Shown here: positions 43,940 through 55,329 of the stretch, in pieces
Position numbering within the stretch: the stretch's first letter is position 1
How the letters are laid out: every line of letters starts with the position of its first letter
Assembly: GCA_963739455.1 (NCBI GenBank)
Contig: CAVUAK010000002.1
Coordinates: forward strand, 256,001 to 320,000
From: an uncultured Gemmatimonadales bacterium
GTDB taxonomy: Bacteria > Gemmatimonadota > Gemmatimonadetes > Gemmatimonadales > GWC2-71-9
Direction: 5' to 3'
DNA: 64,000 nucleotides
Program-made: the position numbers and the translations under genes
Notes under the pieces: model-generated
Database searches by the model: none
Told to the model about the DNA's origin: nothing
The model's input: only the letters and a program-made list of their open reading frames with translations

Positions 43940-44935
43940 CAGATGGCATCAGCCGCGAGCAAGGAGCGAATAGACGTGACAGGTTCGAACCTGATGAACG
44001 ACGCGCCCCCGGCGCCGGGCATGAACTGGGTCCCCGGTGGCACGTTCCGCATGGGGTCGGATGCCCACTACCCGGAGGAGCGGCCTGCGCATCCGGCGTC
44101 GGTGGATGGATTCTGGATCGACGAGCGTCCGGTGACCAACGCGCTCTTCCGGGCATTCGTGGAAGCGACCGGGCACGTCACGTCGGCGGAGGTCGTGCCC
44201 GACCCTGCCGACTATCCCGGTGCACTGCCGGAGATGCTGTACGCCGGGTCGATGGTCTTTATCCGGCCTCCCACGAAGGTGGACCGGCGCAACATCGGCA
44301 ACTGGTGGCACTTCCTGAAGGGAGCCAACTGGCGCGAGCCGCAGGGACCGGGAAGCTCTATCGAGGGGAAGGATCAGCACCCCGTGGTGCACGTGGCGTT
44401 CGCCGACGCAGAGGCCTTCGCGCGCTGGGCGGGCAAGGAGTTGCCGACGGAGGCGGAGTGGGAATTCGCGGCGCGAGGTGGCCTCGACGGTGCCGCCTAC
44501 GCCTGGGGTGACGAGTTCATGCCGGGCGGGCGCTACATGGCCAATACCTGGCAGGGCGAGTTTCCCTGGGAAGCCCTCGGGAGCGATGGGTTCGAGGGTA
44601 CCTCTCCGATAGGCGCATTCGACCCGAATGGCTACGGGCTGTACGACATGATCGGCAACGTATGGGAGTGGACCACGGACTGGTACTCGACCCGGCATCC
44701 TGAGGCGCCAGGCCATGCGTGCTGCGCGCCGCGGAACCCTCGAGGCGGTCCAGTGGAGGAGAGCCTCGACCCGAACCTGCCGGCCATCAAGATCCCTCGC
44801 AAGGTGATCAAGGGTGGCTCGCACCTCTGCGCGCCGAACTACTGCCGCCGCTACAGGCCGGCCGCGCGCTTCCCCGAGCCGGTCGACACCTCCACCAGCC
44901 ACCTCGGCTTTCGGTGCATCGTGCGACCGGCCTGA
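43940..44935 (+). CDS. Formylglycine-generating enzyme family protein (start approximate)
   Basis: [57 protein letters not shown]. Confidence 0.9.
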   Translation, partial: QMASAASKERIDVTGSNLMNDAPPAPGMNWVPGGTFRMGSDAHYPEERPAHPASVDGFWIDERPVTNALFRAFVEATGHVTSAEVVPDPADYPGALPEMLYAGSMVFIRPPTKVDRRNIGNWWHFLKGANWREPQGPGSSIEGKDQHPVVHVAFADAEAFARWAGKELPTEAEWEFAARGGLDGAAYAWGDEFMPGGRYMANTWQGEFPWEALGSDGFEGTSPIGAFDPNGYGLYDMIGNVWEWTTDWYSTRHPEAPGHACCAPRNPRGGPVEESLDPNLPAIKIPRKVIKGGSHLCAPNYCRRYRPAARFPEPVDTSTSHLGFRCIVRPA

Positions 44936-44941
44936 AACGGA

Positions 44942-44974
44942 AGCGGGAGGCCCCCATTCTGGGAACCTCCCGCT
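44942..44974. terminator. Hairpin between the convergent FGE and rpsA genes
   Basis: AGCGGGAGG...CCTCCCGCT inverted repeat. Confidence 0.5.
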
Positions 44975-45003
44975 CACCGCTCACCGCGTACGCGGTAGCA
45001 GTC

Positions 45004-46710
45004 CTACATCTCGTCTGGCGGGATCTCGAGCTTCGGCACGGTGATCCACTCGCCCTCGGGATACCCGATCGCCGCGAGCACGATGCGGTGATGAATCGGG
45101 TCCACCTCGAGCACCTTCAGGTCCACCGGCTGGCCTTCCTTCACGGCATCGCCCGGGTTCTCGAGATCGGGAACGCCGAGCTGCGAGATAGGGACGAAGC
45201 CTTCGATGTCATTGCCGCAGTCCACGACGACGCCCTTGTCCATGAGGCGGACGACGTGACCCTTGAGCTCCATGCCGATCGGGTAGGTCTCGCCGATCTT
45301 GAGCCACGGATCCTCTTCCGCCTGCTTGAGGCCGAGGGAAATCCGCTTGTTGTCGGCGTCGATGTTCAGGATCACGACGTCGACTGCGTCGCCCTTCTTC
45401 ACCACTTCCGACGGGTGCTGGACCCGCTTGGTCCATGACATGTCGGAGATGTGGATCAGGCCGTCGATGCCCGGCTCGATTTCCACGAAGGCACCGAAGC
45501 TGGTGAGGTTCCGCACCTTGCCGGCGATGCGCGTGCCGACCGGGTACTTGAGCGGCAGCACCATCCACGGATCCTGCTCGGTCTGCTTCATGCCGAGGGA
45601 GATCTTCTCCTCGGTCTCGTCGACCTTGAGCACCACTGCCTCGATCGTCTCGCCGATGCTGACGATCTTCGACGGATGGCGCACGTTCCGCGTCCAGCTC
45701 ATCTCGGAGATGTGCACCAGGCCCTCGATGCCGGGCTCGAGCTCGACGAACGCGCCGTAGTTGGTGATGGAAACCACCTTGCCCTGCACGCGCGTGCCGA
45801 CCGGGTACTTCGCCGCGACGTTCTGCCACGGGTAGTTCTGCAGCTGCTTCATGCCGAGCGAGATCCGCTCACGCTGCCAGTCGATGTCGAGCACCTTGAC
45901 CTCGACCTCGTGGCCGATCTGCACCATCTCGGTCGGGTGCGATACGCGGCCGTATGACATGTCGGTGATGTGGAGCAGGCCGTCGACGCCGCCGAGATCG
46001 ATGAATGCACCGAAATCGGTGATGTTCTTGACGATGCCCTTCCGCACCTGCGCCACCGCCAGCTCCTTCATCAGGAACTCGCGCTTGTGCGCCCGCTCGT
46101 TCTCCAGGATGACACGGCGGCTGACGACGATGTTCCGCCGGCGCTTGTTGAGCTTGATGATCTTGAACTCGAACGACTGCCCGAGCAGGTCGTCGATGTT
46201 CGGCACCCGGCGAAGCGCGATCTGGCTGCCGGGGAGGAACGCGTCGACGCCCATGAGGTCGACCACGACGCCGCCCTTGATCTTCTTCTTGAGCGAACCC
46301 TGCACCGGCTGGTCGCTCTCGTAGGCCACGCGGATCTTCTCCCACACGCGCATGAAGTCGGCCTTCTTCTTGGAGAGCACGACCGCGCCCTCCGCATCCT
46401 CGAGGTGCTCGAGGAACACTTCGACTTCATCGCCTTCCTTCAGGTCCTGCGGATTGTTGAACTCGTCCAGCGGCACCGAGCCTTCCGACTTGAAGCCGAC
46501 GTCCAGGATGACGGCATTGTCGGTGACGCGGAGGACCTTCGACTTGACGATCTCGCCCTCGACGATGGACGCCATGGTCCCCTCGTACAGGGACAGCATC
46601 GTCTCGTAGTCGGAGTCGGAATACTCCTCGTCGTAGAGGTCCTGGCGGACGCGAAGTCCGGTCGGCGTGGCGAACTGCTTGAGGTCGGTGGTGGTGTCCT
46701 GGTCAATCAT
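45004..46710 (-). CDS. rpsA: 30S ribosomal protein S1
   Basis: Tandem S1 domains: DVGFKSEG, AFLPGSQ, DFGAFIDLGGVDGLLHITD, EGLVHISEMSW; ATG at 46710. Confidence 0.97.
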   Translation of the reverse strand: MIDQDTTTDLKQFATPTGLRVRQDLYDEEYSDSDYETMLSLYEGTMASIVEGEIVKSKVLRVTDNAVILDVGFKSEGSVPLDEFNNPQDLKEGDEVEVFLEHLEDAEGAVVLSKKKADFMRVWEKIRVAYESDQPVQGSLKKKIKGGVVVDLMGVDAFLPGSQIALRRVPNIDDLLGQSFEFKIIKLNKRRRNIVVSRRVILENERAHKREFLMKELAVAQVRKGIVKNITDFGAFIDLGGVDGLLHITDMSYGRVSHPTEMVQIGHEVEVKVLDIDWQRERISLGMKQLQNYPWQNVAAKYPVGTRVQGKVVSITNYGAFVELEPGIEGLVHISEMSWTRNVRHPSKIVSIGETIEAVVLKVDETEEKISLGMKQTEQDPWMVLPLKYPVGTRIAGKVRNLTSFGAFVEIEPGIDGLIHISDMSWTKRVQHPSEVVKKGDAVDVVILNIDADNKRISLGLKQAEEDPWLKIGETYPIGMELKGHVVRLMDKGVVVDCGNDIEGFVPISQLGVPDLENPGDAVKEGQPVDLKVLEVDPIHHRIVLAAIGYPEGEWITVPKLEIPPDEM

Positions 46711-46854
46711 TGCGGATTCAGTTCCTTGCTGTCGTCCGCGGCACCCCGGGAGGGCGGGCGCAACGGGCTGGGGTGAAAAAGGCCCTGAACGCGGAAGTGC
46801 GCCCAGAGCCCTAGAAGCTACCAGCGTTTCAGCCCGTTCGGAAGCCACCTGATG

Positions 46855-48026
46855 CTACATCAGCATGTGCTTTGCAACGTCGACCAGGTCCGCGAACGAC
46901 ACCTGCCGCAGGATGATGGGAAGGAAGGGCAGGACCGTCGCCACCAGCAGGGGCAGGAAGTCCTTGATCTCGATGGGGATCGGGCGCATTTCCACCACGT
47001 GGCCCACCACGCTGAACAGGTCCGCGGTCGTCGAGAAGTCGGGAACGGCGAGGGCGTCCGGGGTCAGGTCACCCGCCTTGGCGAGCCAGCGCTCCTCCAG
47101 GCGGGAGCCAAGCTGAGGTAGCGAGGGCGCCATAGGTCAGTTCCGCATCGTCTTGGGCGTCCCGCATCGGCTTCACGAAAGCCAGGAGCGGGCCGGCACA
47201 AATCAGGAGAATGAAGACCATTGTTGCCACGACGACCGGCGTCAACGTCGTCGTGCTGCGGCTGTCGTAGATCACCAGGTTGGCCAGCGTGCCGGCGATG
47301 GCGCTGCCGAACGCCAGGGCAAGCAGTGGAAAGGCCCGCAGTGATTGCCCGAGAAATGCGAGACCCCCCGCCTTGTCGGGATGGGACGCGACGATCCGCA
47401 CATCCATGTGCGCAATAGCGCCGCAGGCAGCGCATCCAGAGGAACAAGCGCCAGAACCAGGTCAGCAGCAGCGACATGAACAGGGGTTGGCTCACCAGGA
47501 GGCGCCACCAGCCGGCGTACGAGACACTGCGCCCGGTTTCGCCGCCGATGAGCAGCCAGTTCGCCGCGCCATACGAGATCCATGCCCGCGCTGACGCCAG
47601 TGTCATCGTGTAGGCCAGGACGAGGACGGCCAGCAACACCAGCTTCGAGCCGAGCAGGTTCCGGGTAGAGGTGAGGAGCGCGGTGAAGTCCGCCTGTCGG
47701 GAGGGCGGAATAAGCCGCGCCTCAATGAAATGACCCAGCACCCGGGTGAGCCACAGCCGGGCCGGCGCTTCAGCGATGACGAGCAGTGGAACCGCCACAA
47801 GGAAGCGGGTGTACGCCGCGAAATCCTGCAGCAGCGACGCCTGGCCCGTCCCGATCGCCAACCCCTGCAGCTGGGCGAGCACGGCCAGGGGAACCCAGGC
47901 CACGAGCACTGCAAGCAATGCCCGGCGCAGGACCGCCTTGTCCGCACCCGCAGGCAGGCGCAGGGCGTGCAGGAGGGACTGGAAGGGACCGGTGCCGAAC
48001 GGATCTGCGGTACCGGGATCAGTCAC
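46855..48026 (-). CDS. Hypothetical polytopic membrane protein (frame breaks near 47418 and 47115)
   Basis: Three consecutive hydrophobic frames join up; motifs RFLVAVPLL, HPDKAGGLAFLG and PDFSTTADL. Confidence 0.7.
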
Positions 48027-48028
48027 GG

Positions 48029-48862
48029 CTACTTCTTCTCCTCGGGCTTGTGCGCATTCGGGTACAGCAGGGCGAAGATGATGCGGAGCTGGCTCGACGG
48101 ACCGTTGTCGGGATGCACCACATTGTAGTAGTACTGGACGCCGAGGTTGATGGGCCGCCGGCCCAACACCTGGGTTCGCGTAATACCGAGGCCGAGCGGA
48201 ACGGTCCATTCCTGGCCCGACGGCGCCGACCAGTTGGCCGTGATGATCGGCCCGGTGGCGATGGCCCAGCCCTTCCCGAAGTTGTAGTTGATGAAGGGCT
48301 GGATCAGGAGTTGGTTCACCTCAGGGTCCCCGCCAGCGTCGGCAAAGGTCCACAGCTGATTGGCCAGAAGGCCAATTACCCAACTGCCCCTCATCGTGAG
48401 GGCGACGGCCGTCGGGCCCACAGCCCACGAGCCGGTGCGGAAGAGCGGGTTCGTCGCAGCAGGCACCGAGAACTCCGGACCAATACCCCAAATGATCTTC
48501 CCTGGATGGGCCGGCGACAGAAATGTCTGGAAGATGATGTCTCCGATGCCGCCGACCTGTCCGCCATCCGGCGTGGGACTGCTGAGGTAGGGAACGATGG
48601 TCCGCGCGATCACGGTCCAGTCGGGCGTCACCTTGATCGGGATGACAGGCTGGATATTCAGGTTGAACAGGGTGCCATCCCCGAGACCTCCACCAGTGTT
48701 GAAGTTGAACTGGAACGGAACCGTGATCAGGTCGGCCACCGGGTTCTGCGTTTGCATGGCCAGTGCCGTGGCGTCAATGGCTGGCTTCTGCTGCGCCGCC
48801 AGCGCACTCGCCGCGAGGAGCATGCAGCCGGTGAATACTGTCGCACTCCGCACAATCCGCAT
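48029..48862 (-). CDS. Putative outer-membrane beta-barrel (family often mis-annotated 'neuromedin U')
   Basis: Signal peptide, QNPVADLITVPFQFN, LNIQPVIP, QPFINYNF, WTVPLG; alternating beta-strand pattern. Confidence 0.75.
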   Translation of the reverse strand: MRIVRSATVFTGCMLLAASALAAQQKPAIDATALAMQTQNPVADLITVPFQFNFNTGGGLGDGTLFNLNIQPVIPIKVTPDWTVIARTIVPYLSSPTPDGGQVGGIGDIIFQTFLSPAHPGKIIWGIGPEFSVPAATNPLFRTGSWAVGPTAVALTMRGSWVIGLLANQLWTFADAGGDPEVNQLLIQPFINYNFGKGWAIATGPIITANWSAPSGQEWTVPLGLGITRTQVLGRRPINLGVQYYYNVVHPDNGPSSQLRIIFALLYPNAHKPEEKK

Positions 48863-48964
48863 TACTGCCTCCCATGAATCCCGTGCCGTGACGCAGGCAA
48901 CGCGCCCCCGAATGACCGCGGATGATGCACCTGCACGGCTCGCTTGTCGAGTGATACCAAGGAC

Positions 48965-49666
48965 CTACTCGGAAAGCACGCGCCGCGCGGCCGCGACGAT
49001 CTCGCGCACCTGCTCCGAGAACGTGAGGGAGGTCGTGTCAACTTCCACCGCGTCCTCTGCCCGGCGAAGCGGCGCCACCGACCGGGAGGCGTCGGCGCGG
49101 TCGCGGAGCGCGAGCCGCTCCGCCTCGCGCGCGAGCTCCTCAGCGTCGACCGCGGTGCCGCGCTGCTCAAGCCGGCGCCTCGCCCGCGCTTCCGGGCTCG
49201 CGGTGAGGAACACCTTGAGGTCGGCATCGGGAAAGACGACGGTGCCGATGTCGCGACCATCCACCACGACGCCGACGCCGGCGCGCGCCAGCTCGCGAAG
49301 TTTCGCGTTGATCCACTCCCGCACCACCGGCACCGCTGATACCGCCGACACGTGCGAGGTGACGAGCGTTGTTCGCAAGTCGGCGTCGGCTGGGGCGCCA
49401 TCGAGATAGGCGGCGAAACCGGCGCCGTCTGGCTGCAGCATCAGGCCGCGGTCCTCTGCGCGGCGCAGCACCGAGTCGAAGGCCAGCGCGAGCGGATTGT
49501 CCACGCCGGCCCGAGCCGCTTCCTCGAGCGCCACGTGGGTAATGGCGCGATAGAGCGCGCCCGAATCGAGGTGCCCGAACCCCAGTGCTTCGGCCACCGC
49601 GCGCGCGGTGCTCGATTTCCCCGATGCCGCCGGGCCATCGATGGCGACGATGCCGCGGCGCATCAT
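48965..49666 (-). CDS. cmk: Cytidylate kinase
   Basis: IDGPAASGKS, LDSGALYR, DGRDIGTVVFPDA, RDRAD. Confidence 0.96.
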   Translation of the reverse strand: MMRRGIVAIDGPAASGKSSTARAVAEALGFGHLDSGALYRAITHVALEEAARAGVDNPLALAFDSVLRRAEDRGLMLQPDGAGFAAYLDGAPADADLRTTLVTSHVSAVSAVPVVREWINAKLRELARAGVGVVVDGRDIGTVVFPDADLKVFLTASPEARARRRLEQRGTAVDAEELAREAERLALRDRADASRSVAPLRRAEDAVEVDTTSLTFSEQVREIVAAARRVLSE

Positions 49667-50934
49667 GTCCCGCGCACCCTGATACTCGCGAGGGTCTCGC
49701 GGAACCGGGGGAAGCTCACGTCGGCGCAGCGCATGTCGTCGATGGCAATGCGCGCCCCGGGAACGGTGCCGAGCACCGCGAACGCCATGGCAAGGCGGTG
49801 GTCTCCCTCCGTGCGCACCCGTCCCGATGGCACCTGGTCAGACCCGCTGACATGCAGGTCATCACCCTGCACTTCGGCCTGTACACCCACGGCGCGGAGG
49901 TTCGTCGCCATCAGGCCGAGTCGGTCGCTCTCCTTTACCCGGAGCTCGCCGACATCGTGAAATACCGTGGTGCCGGCCGCCCTCGAGGCCACCACGGCGA
50001 GCAATGGAATTTCGTCAATCAATCCGGGAATCTCTCCCGCACTCACGTCGGTCCCGCGAAGCGAGCCCGGTGCCACCACCAGGTCACCCACCGGTTCGTC
50101 GAACTCCGTCGTCACCGACTCGATGCGTGGCGTTGCACCCATGCGCTGCAGCACCGCCAGGAACCCGATCCGTGTCGGGTTGATTCCCACGCCGGTAATG
50201 CGGAGTTCCCCGCCCTCGGCGATCAGTGCGGCACCCGCCAGGAAGGCGGCTGACGACGGATCGCCGGGCACCTGGAGGTCGAATGGCTCGATCCTGCCCG
50301 TCGGTGACATCTCGATCCACCCGTCGGCTGCGTCGTCGACCCTGTACCCGAACGCGCGCAGCAGGCGCTCGGTATGGTCGCGGGAGCGGCCGAATGGCTC
50401 GCGAATCGCAACCTCTACACTTCCAGTCACGCCAGCGAGCAGAAGGCAGCTCTTGATCTGGGCACTCGAGACCGGCTGTTCGTACCGGATGGCCCGAAGT
50501 GAACCGCCCTTGATGGTGAGTGGCAGTCCATCATCGTGCATCTCGGAGAAGCGCGCCCCCATCTGGGAGAGCGGAACCGTGACGCGCCGCATCGGCCGGC
50601 GCCGCAGCGAGCGGTCGCCAGTCAGGGTGGCCGCGAAACGGTGACCCGCGAGCATACCCAGGAGCAATCGCGTGGTGGTGCCGGAATTGCCGCAGTCGAG
50701 AATACCCTCAGCACGACGGAGGCGGCCGCGCCCCTGGATTTCGATGACACTTCCGGCGCGGAGTGCGGAGATACCGACGCCGAGCTGGCGCAGTACCCGC
50801 GCGCTCGAGCGGGCGTCAAGCGACGTCAGCGCGCCGCCGACATGGCTTCGCCCCTTCGCGAGCGCGCCGAAGAGGAGCGCGCGATGCGTAATGCTCTTGT
50901 CGCCGGGGACTCGTACGCTACCGTGCACCCTCAT
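49663..50934 (-). CDS. aroA: EPSP synthase
   Basis: PGDKSITHR, DCGNSGTT, RRPM, SAQIKS, RDHTER, ELRVKESDR, DHRLAM. Confidence 0.96.
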   Translation of the reverse strand: MRVHGSVRVPGDKSITHRALLFGALAKGRSHVGGALTSLDARSSARVLRQLGVGISALRAGSVIEIQGRGRLRRAEGILDCGNSGTTTRLLLGMLAGHRFAATLTGDRSLRRRPMRRVTVPLSQMGARFSEMHDDGLPLTIKGGSLRAIRYEQPVSSAQIKSCLLLAGVTGSVEVAIREPFGRSRDHTERLLRAFGYRVDDAADGWIEMSPTGRIEPFDLQVPGDPSSAAFLAGAALIAEGGELRITGVGINPTRIGFLAVLQRMGATPRIESVTTEFDEPVGDLVVAPGSLRGTDVSAGEIPGLIDEIPLLAVVASRAAGTTVFHDVGELRVKESDRLGLMATNLRAVGVQAEVQGDDLHVSGSDQVPSGRVRTEGDHRLAMAFAVLGTVPGARIAIDDMRCADVSFPRFRETLASIRVRGT

Positions 50935-51801
50935 CGATCCAGGCCCTTCCGGAACGCGACGCCCCGCGCCAGGAAATCCTTGACGCCGGCCGCGTCGCGT
51001 GAAGCGACCAGGGCGCGAAGTTGTTCCAGCGCCGCGCCAGCCTGCGCCAGCGCCTCGGCTACCGGGCCACTGTTCGCCAGGAAGATCTCGGCCCACAGCT
51101 CGGGATCGCTCGCCGCGAGCCGGGTGGTGTCGCGCCCCCCTGAGCCGAACGACACGCCACCAAGTGCGCGCGCGCCAAGTGCCACGGCCAGTGCGGATGA
51201 CACTGCCTGCGGAAGGTGACTTGTCCAGGCAAGCTGGATGTCGTGCGCGGCGGCATCGATGGTCACCACCTGCGATTCACCCACGAGCTTCCAGAAGCTG
51301 GCCACAGCCCGCGCGACACCGTCACCCTCGAGCGTCCCGGTGGGGCACACGTAGACGACGGCATTGCGGAAGAGGTCCGCACGCGCCGCGGCAAATCCGG
51401 TTTCATGCGTGCCGGCGAGCGGGTGTGCCCCGGCGAACCGGGCGGCGAGGCCCGCCGCCCGGGCCTGCTCGATCACCGGCGCCTTGATGCTTGCCACATC
51501 GGAGAGGATGGCGCCGGGCGCGAGCCATGACGATGCCCGCGCGATAAGTTCCAGCGTGGCCGACGGCGGGGTGGCGAGGACGACGAACGCGACACCGCGC
51601 GCCGCTCCCTGGGGGGAGTCCGCGCCCTCGGAGATTGCGCCGCGCTTGAGGGCCTCGATGACGTCCGCGGTCGAACGGGAGTAGCCGACCACGCGCTTGA
51701 CGCCCGCTTGCGTGGCACGCCATGCGAGCGACCCGCCAATGGCGCCGAGTCCGATGATGCCGATCGAGTCGGGAAGGATGGCAAAAATCCCGGGGTCGCA
51801 C
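50931..51801 (-). CDS. tyrA: Prephenate/arogenate dehydrogenase (start displaced by an indel in a T-run near 51785)
   Basis: IGIIGLGAIGGS Rossmann motif lies in frame upstream of the ORF-track start; DVASIK, HPLAG, HD...TSHLP, RDTTRLA. Confidence 0.9.
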
Positions 51802-52004
51802 GTGTTGTGAGGTCACTGCCGACAGGTCCGAGCGGCAGTTGCCGCCGGACCGGAAGCATTGTAGCTATCGGCAGTTGCAGGCACAACGCGCAGCCCAATA
51901 TCGGTAATGGGAGATGGCCGGACAGCCGGGCCAGGATCTTGCTGACTCTGGGCCGGCTGGAGCATAGTCTGCAGCGCGACGTCCCCTTCGACACCAGAGA
52001 CCGA

Positions 52005-52505
52005 ATGACTGGATCAGCCAGCCGGCCGCAGTCCTCACGCAGTGCGCTCGCCGAGGCCTACGAGCAAGCCGTGAAGTCGGAGGCGGAAAAGAAGGCCCAG
52101 AGTCTCGCCGTACAACGCAAACGCTTCCGTACCCGGGTCGTCCTCCTCAGCCTGGCCTGGGTCATCATTGTTGGGTGTCTCGCGACTGTTGCATTGCACC
52201 CGGAGTGGTTCGGGCTCGGTGATGTCGCGGAAACGCCGAACGAGCGCGACGCGAACCTGCGGCTCACGCTGTATGTGGCCGGCCAGCAACTGGCGGCGTT
52301 CAAGAAACAGCGCGGCACGTTCCCGGATCGCCTGGCGGACGCCGGTACGTTTGCCCCGGGCCTGGTGTACGTGAAGACGCCGGACGGCGGCTATGTCCTC
52401 AAGCTCTCGCGCGGGGAGGACAGGGTCACGCTGACCTCCAAGGACTCGTTGAGCGCCTTCCTCAGTCCCAGCCTCACGCGCCTTGTGCAGCGCAGGGGGA
52501 AGTGA
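52005..52505 (+). CDS. Hypothetical single-TM protein upstream of the pilin
   Basis: Charged N-terminus, TM, then a pilin/GspG-like segment (FKKQRGTFPDRL); stop overlaps the next gene region. Confidence 0.65.
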   Translation: MTGSASRPQSSRSALAEAYEQAVKSEAEKKAQSLAVQRKRFRTRVVLLSLAWVIIVGCLATVALHPEWFGLGDVAETPNERDANLRLTLYVAGQQLAAFKKQRGTFPDRLADAGTFAPGLVYVKTPDGGYVLKLSRGEDRVTLTSKDSLSAFLSPSLTRLVQRRGK

Positions 52506-52507
52506 CC

Positions 52508-52954
52508 ATGTCGCTACGCGATCGGCGTGGTTTCACCCTCATCGAGTTGCTGACGGTGGTCACCATTCTGGGAGTGCTGGCCGCGATCTCCACCATGCGG
52601 TACCTCTCACTCGAGAACGATGGCCTCGCCGCGAAGGTGGGCTCCGAGATGCAGGAGATCCGGCTCGCCAGCATCAACTATTTCTCGGAACACGAGATCT
52701 GGCCCGGCCCCGCAGGCGCGGGCACCATTCCCGTTGAGCTTGTGCCGCTCCTCTCCGGTGCCACGCAGTTCGACACGCCGAACTACACCCTGGAGTGGGT
52801 GAACGCGGGTGATGGCCTCATCGGCGTGATTGTGCGGGGCACGCGACCCGGCCTCTCGCAGAAACTGGTGCAGCGCCTGGTGTACGGAAGCCCGTACGTG
52901 CCCTACGGCAGCGACGTGATGTACATCATCAAGGCGCCCGGGATCGATATGTAG
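52508..52954 (+). CDS. Type IV pilin/pseudopilin
   Basis: Class III signal RRG/FTLIELLTVVTILGVLAAI with Glu at +5. Confidence 0.88.
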   Translation: MSLRDRRGFTLIELLTVVTILGVLAAISTMRYLSLENDGLAAKVGSEMQEIRLASINYFSEHEIWPGPAGAGTIPVELVPLLSGATQFDTPNYTLEWVNAGDGLIGVIVRGTRPGLSQKLVQRLVYGSPYVPYGSDVMYIIKAPGIDM

Positions 52955-55027
52955 CCTGCTCCTCGAGCAGGACGACAGCGAAGCCCTGCAACTCCACCGC
53001 CCCGGTCATCGACTCACCCTCGATACCGGGGCGAGTCGTATCCAGCATCAGGCGCCAGGGACCCGGGGGCAGGTGCTGGTGTACCGTTGCCTCGCCCCCG
53101 TTCATCAGCAGCACAATGCGAGTGGTGAGGTCCGGGGATTCTCCTGCCTCGACAGCACCCTGCACCTCCGTGTCGAGCAGGACCGCGCACGGATCGCGTG
53201 CTCGATCGTGCCAGTCGGCCTCGGACATGGCGCCGCCGGAAGCCCGCAGCCAGTGCGCCGCACCACCAGCGGCCCCCTGGCCGGGCAGGAACGTGGAAGT
53301 CCGGAACACGGTGTATCGCCGCCGCAGCGCGAGTACGCGGCGGGTGAACGCAAGCATGTCCCCGGATGCCGGTGAGGCAATCCAGGGCAACCAGCTCAGC
53401 GCGGAGTCCTGGCACCAGGGATTGTTGTTCCCCTGCTGGGTGCGGGCCAGCTCATCGCCCTGGCCCAGCATCGGGACGCCGAGTGAGAACGCGAGCGTCG
53501 CCATCATGCCCCGCGTGGCACGTTCACGGTGCTCGGCGTACGCGCGGATCGGCGGTGGGACCCTCTACTCCCCAGTTGCGGCTCTCGTTCCATTCGGAGC
53601 CGTCCCGATTGCGCTCACCATTGGCCAGGTTGTGCTTGCGCTCATAGGAGACGAGGTCCTGCAGCGTGAACCCGTCGTGGCACGCGATGAAGTTGATGCT
53701 CGCTTGCGGGGATCGCGCGTGCGAGAAGAGGTCACTCGAGCCGCTCAGGCGGGTGGCGAGCTCGCCCATATCGCCCGTACCGCGCCAGAAGCGCCGGACG
53801 GTGTCGCGGTAGCGGCCATTCCATTCGGCAAATCCTGCGGGAAACGCGCCTTGCTGATAGCCACCGGGACCGAGGTCCCACGGTTCAGCGATGAGCTTCA
53901 CGTGCTGGAGGTGCGGATCCGCCAGGATTTCCCGGAGGAGGGTCGCGCCGGCATCAAACGCCAGCGGATCCCGCCCGAGCACCGGGGCCAGGTCGAAGCG
54001 GAATCCGTCAACGTGCATCTCATTCACCCAGAACCGAAGGCTGTCGAGGATGAGCCGGCGCACCATCGGGTGGCGCGCGTCGAGTGTATTGCCGCACCCG
54101 GTGAAGTCCTCGTACATGGCGCCCGAGCCGTCGTGCTGCAGCCGGTAGTAGGCGGCGTTGTCGAGCCCGCGGAACGCCAGCGTCGGCCCGTCCACCGCGC
54201 CCTCTCCCGTGTGGTTGTACACGACATCCAGCAACACCTCGATGCCGGCGGCATGAAGCCGTCGCACCATCTCCCGGAATTCATGGCGCTCGCGGCCAGC
54301 GACGCTCGCGAAGCGGCGGTCGGGGGCAAAGAACCCGACCGTGGCATATCCCCAGTAGTTCGTGAGGCCGTTTCGCGCGAGCAGCGCGCTGTCGGCTGCG
54401 GGTTGAACGGGCAGGAGTTCCACCGCGGTGACGCCGAGGCCCTTGAGGTGCTCGACAACAGGCTCCGCAGACAGGCCAAGCCAGGTGCCCCGCAATGCCG
54501 GCGGCACGGCGGGATGCAGCGCCGTCATTCCCTTCACGTGGCACTCGTAGATCACGCTCTCGGACCAGGACACCGCCGGCGGACGATCACCCTGCCAGTC
54601 GAAATCGTCCGCGACAACCACACTGCGGGGAAGGTGCGCCGATGAATCAGTGGTGTCAGGATGCAGGGGTCCACTGGTTCCGGCTCGATGCGCGACGCGA
54701 AGACTCTCATGCCACCGGATTGCTCCGTCGATGACGCGCGCGTAGGGATCGAGCAGCAGCTTGGCGGGATTGAACAGGTGTCCCGCACCTGGATTCCACG
54801 GGCCATACGCGCGGAAACCATAGCGTGAGCCCGGGCGGGCCACCGCGCTGCGGAGGTGCCACATTCCATCGCCATCCCGCTCCATCGGAAGGCGTGTGGC
54901 GGTCATCGTCGAGCACCAGCTCGATCGACGTCGCGTGGCCGGAAAAGAGCCTGAAGGTGGTGGCGCTGCCGTCCCATGTCGCGCCGAGTGGCGGGTGTCC
55001 GGTGCCGTCGCCCACAGCTGGTGTCAT
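52929..55027 (-). CDS. glgX: Glycogen debranching enzyme (frame breaks near 54905 and 53525)
   Basis: PLGATWDG, LLDPYA, IYECHVKG, NYWGY, DVVYNHTGE, DGFRFDL, AEPWD, HDGFTL, GDELARTQQGNNN. Confidence 0.92.
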
Positions 55028-55329
55028 GCGCGGAACGATAACAAGCGAGCCGGTGCGTTGTGGGGTGACCGAGAATCGTCAGGGGATGCGACACCATGCA
55101 CCGAACTGCGCGCGCCCGGGATCGAAGCGGCCAGGAAGCGATTCTGTCGTCGTCCTGATACAGCCTCGGTCCACGAGGCTCGGATATGGGTCGAACGGCC
55201 TACGTGCAAGGGGCTGCACCCGCCTCTGCATACTGTTATTGCTGAATGGCTTACCGAAGGACCGATGTGGGCGGAGTCGATGGCACGACTCCGGTATTAC
55301 CAAGGGCAACCTCAACAGAAGGCTGCCCC

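Noticed and set aside
13071..46776. Long plus-strand ORFs (e.g. 13071-14693, 16011-18245, 26546-28975, 45970-46776)
   Set aside because: They are antisense shadows of well-supported minus-strand genes, as expected in high-GC DNA, and carry no recognisable motifs.
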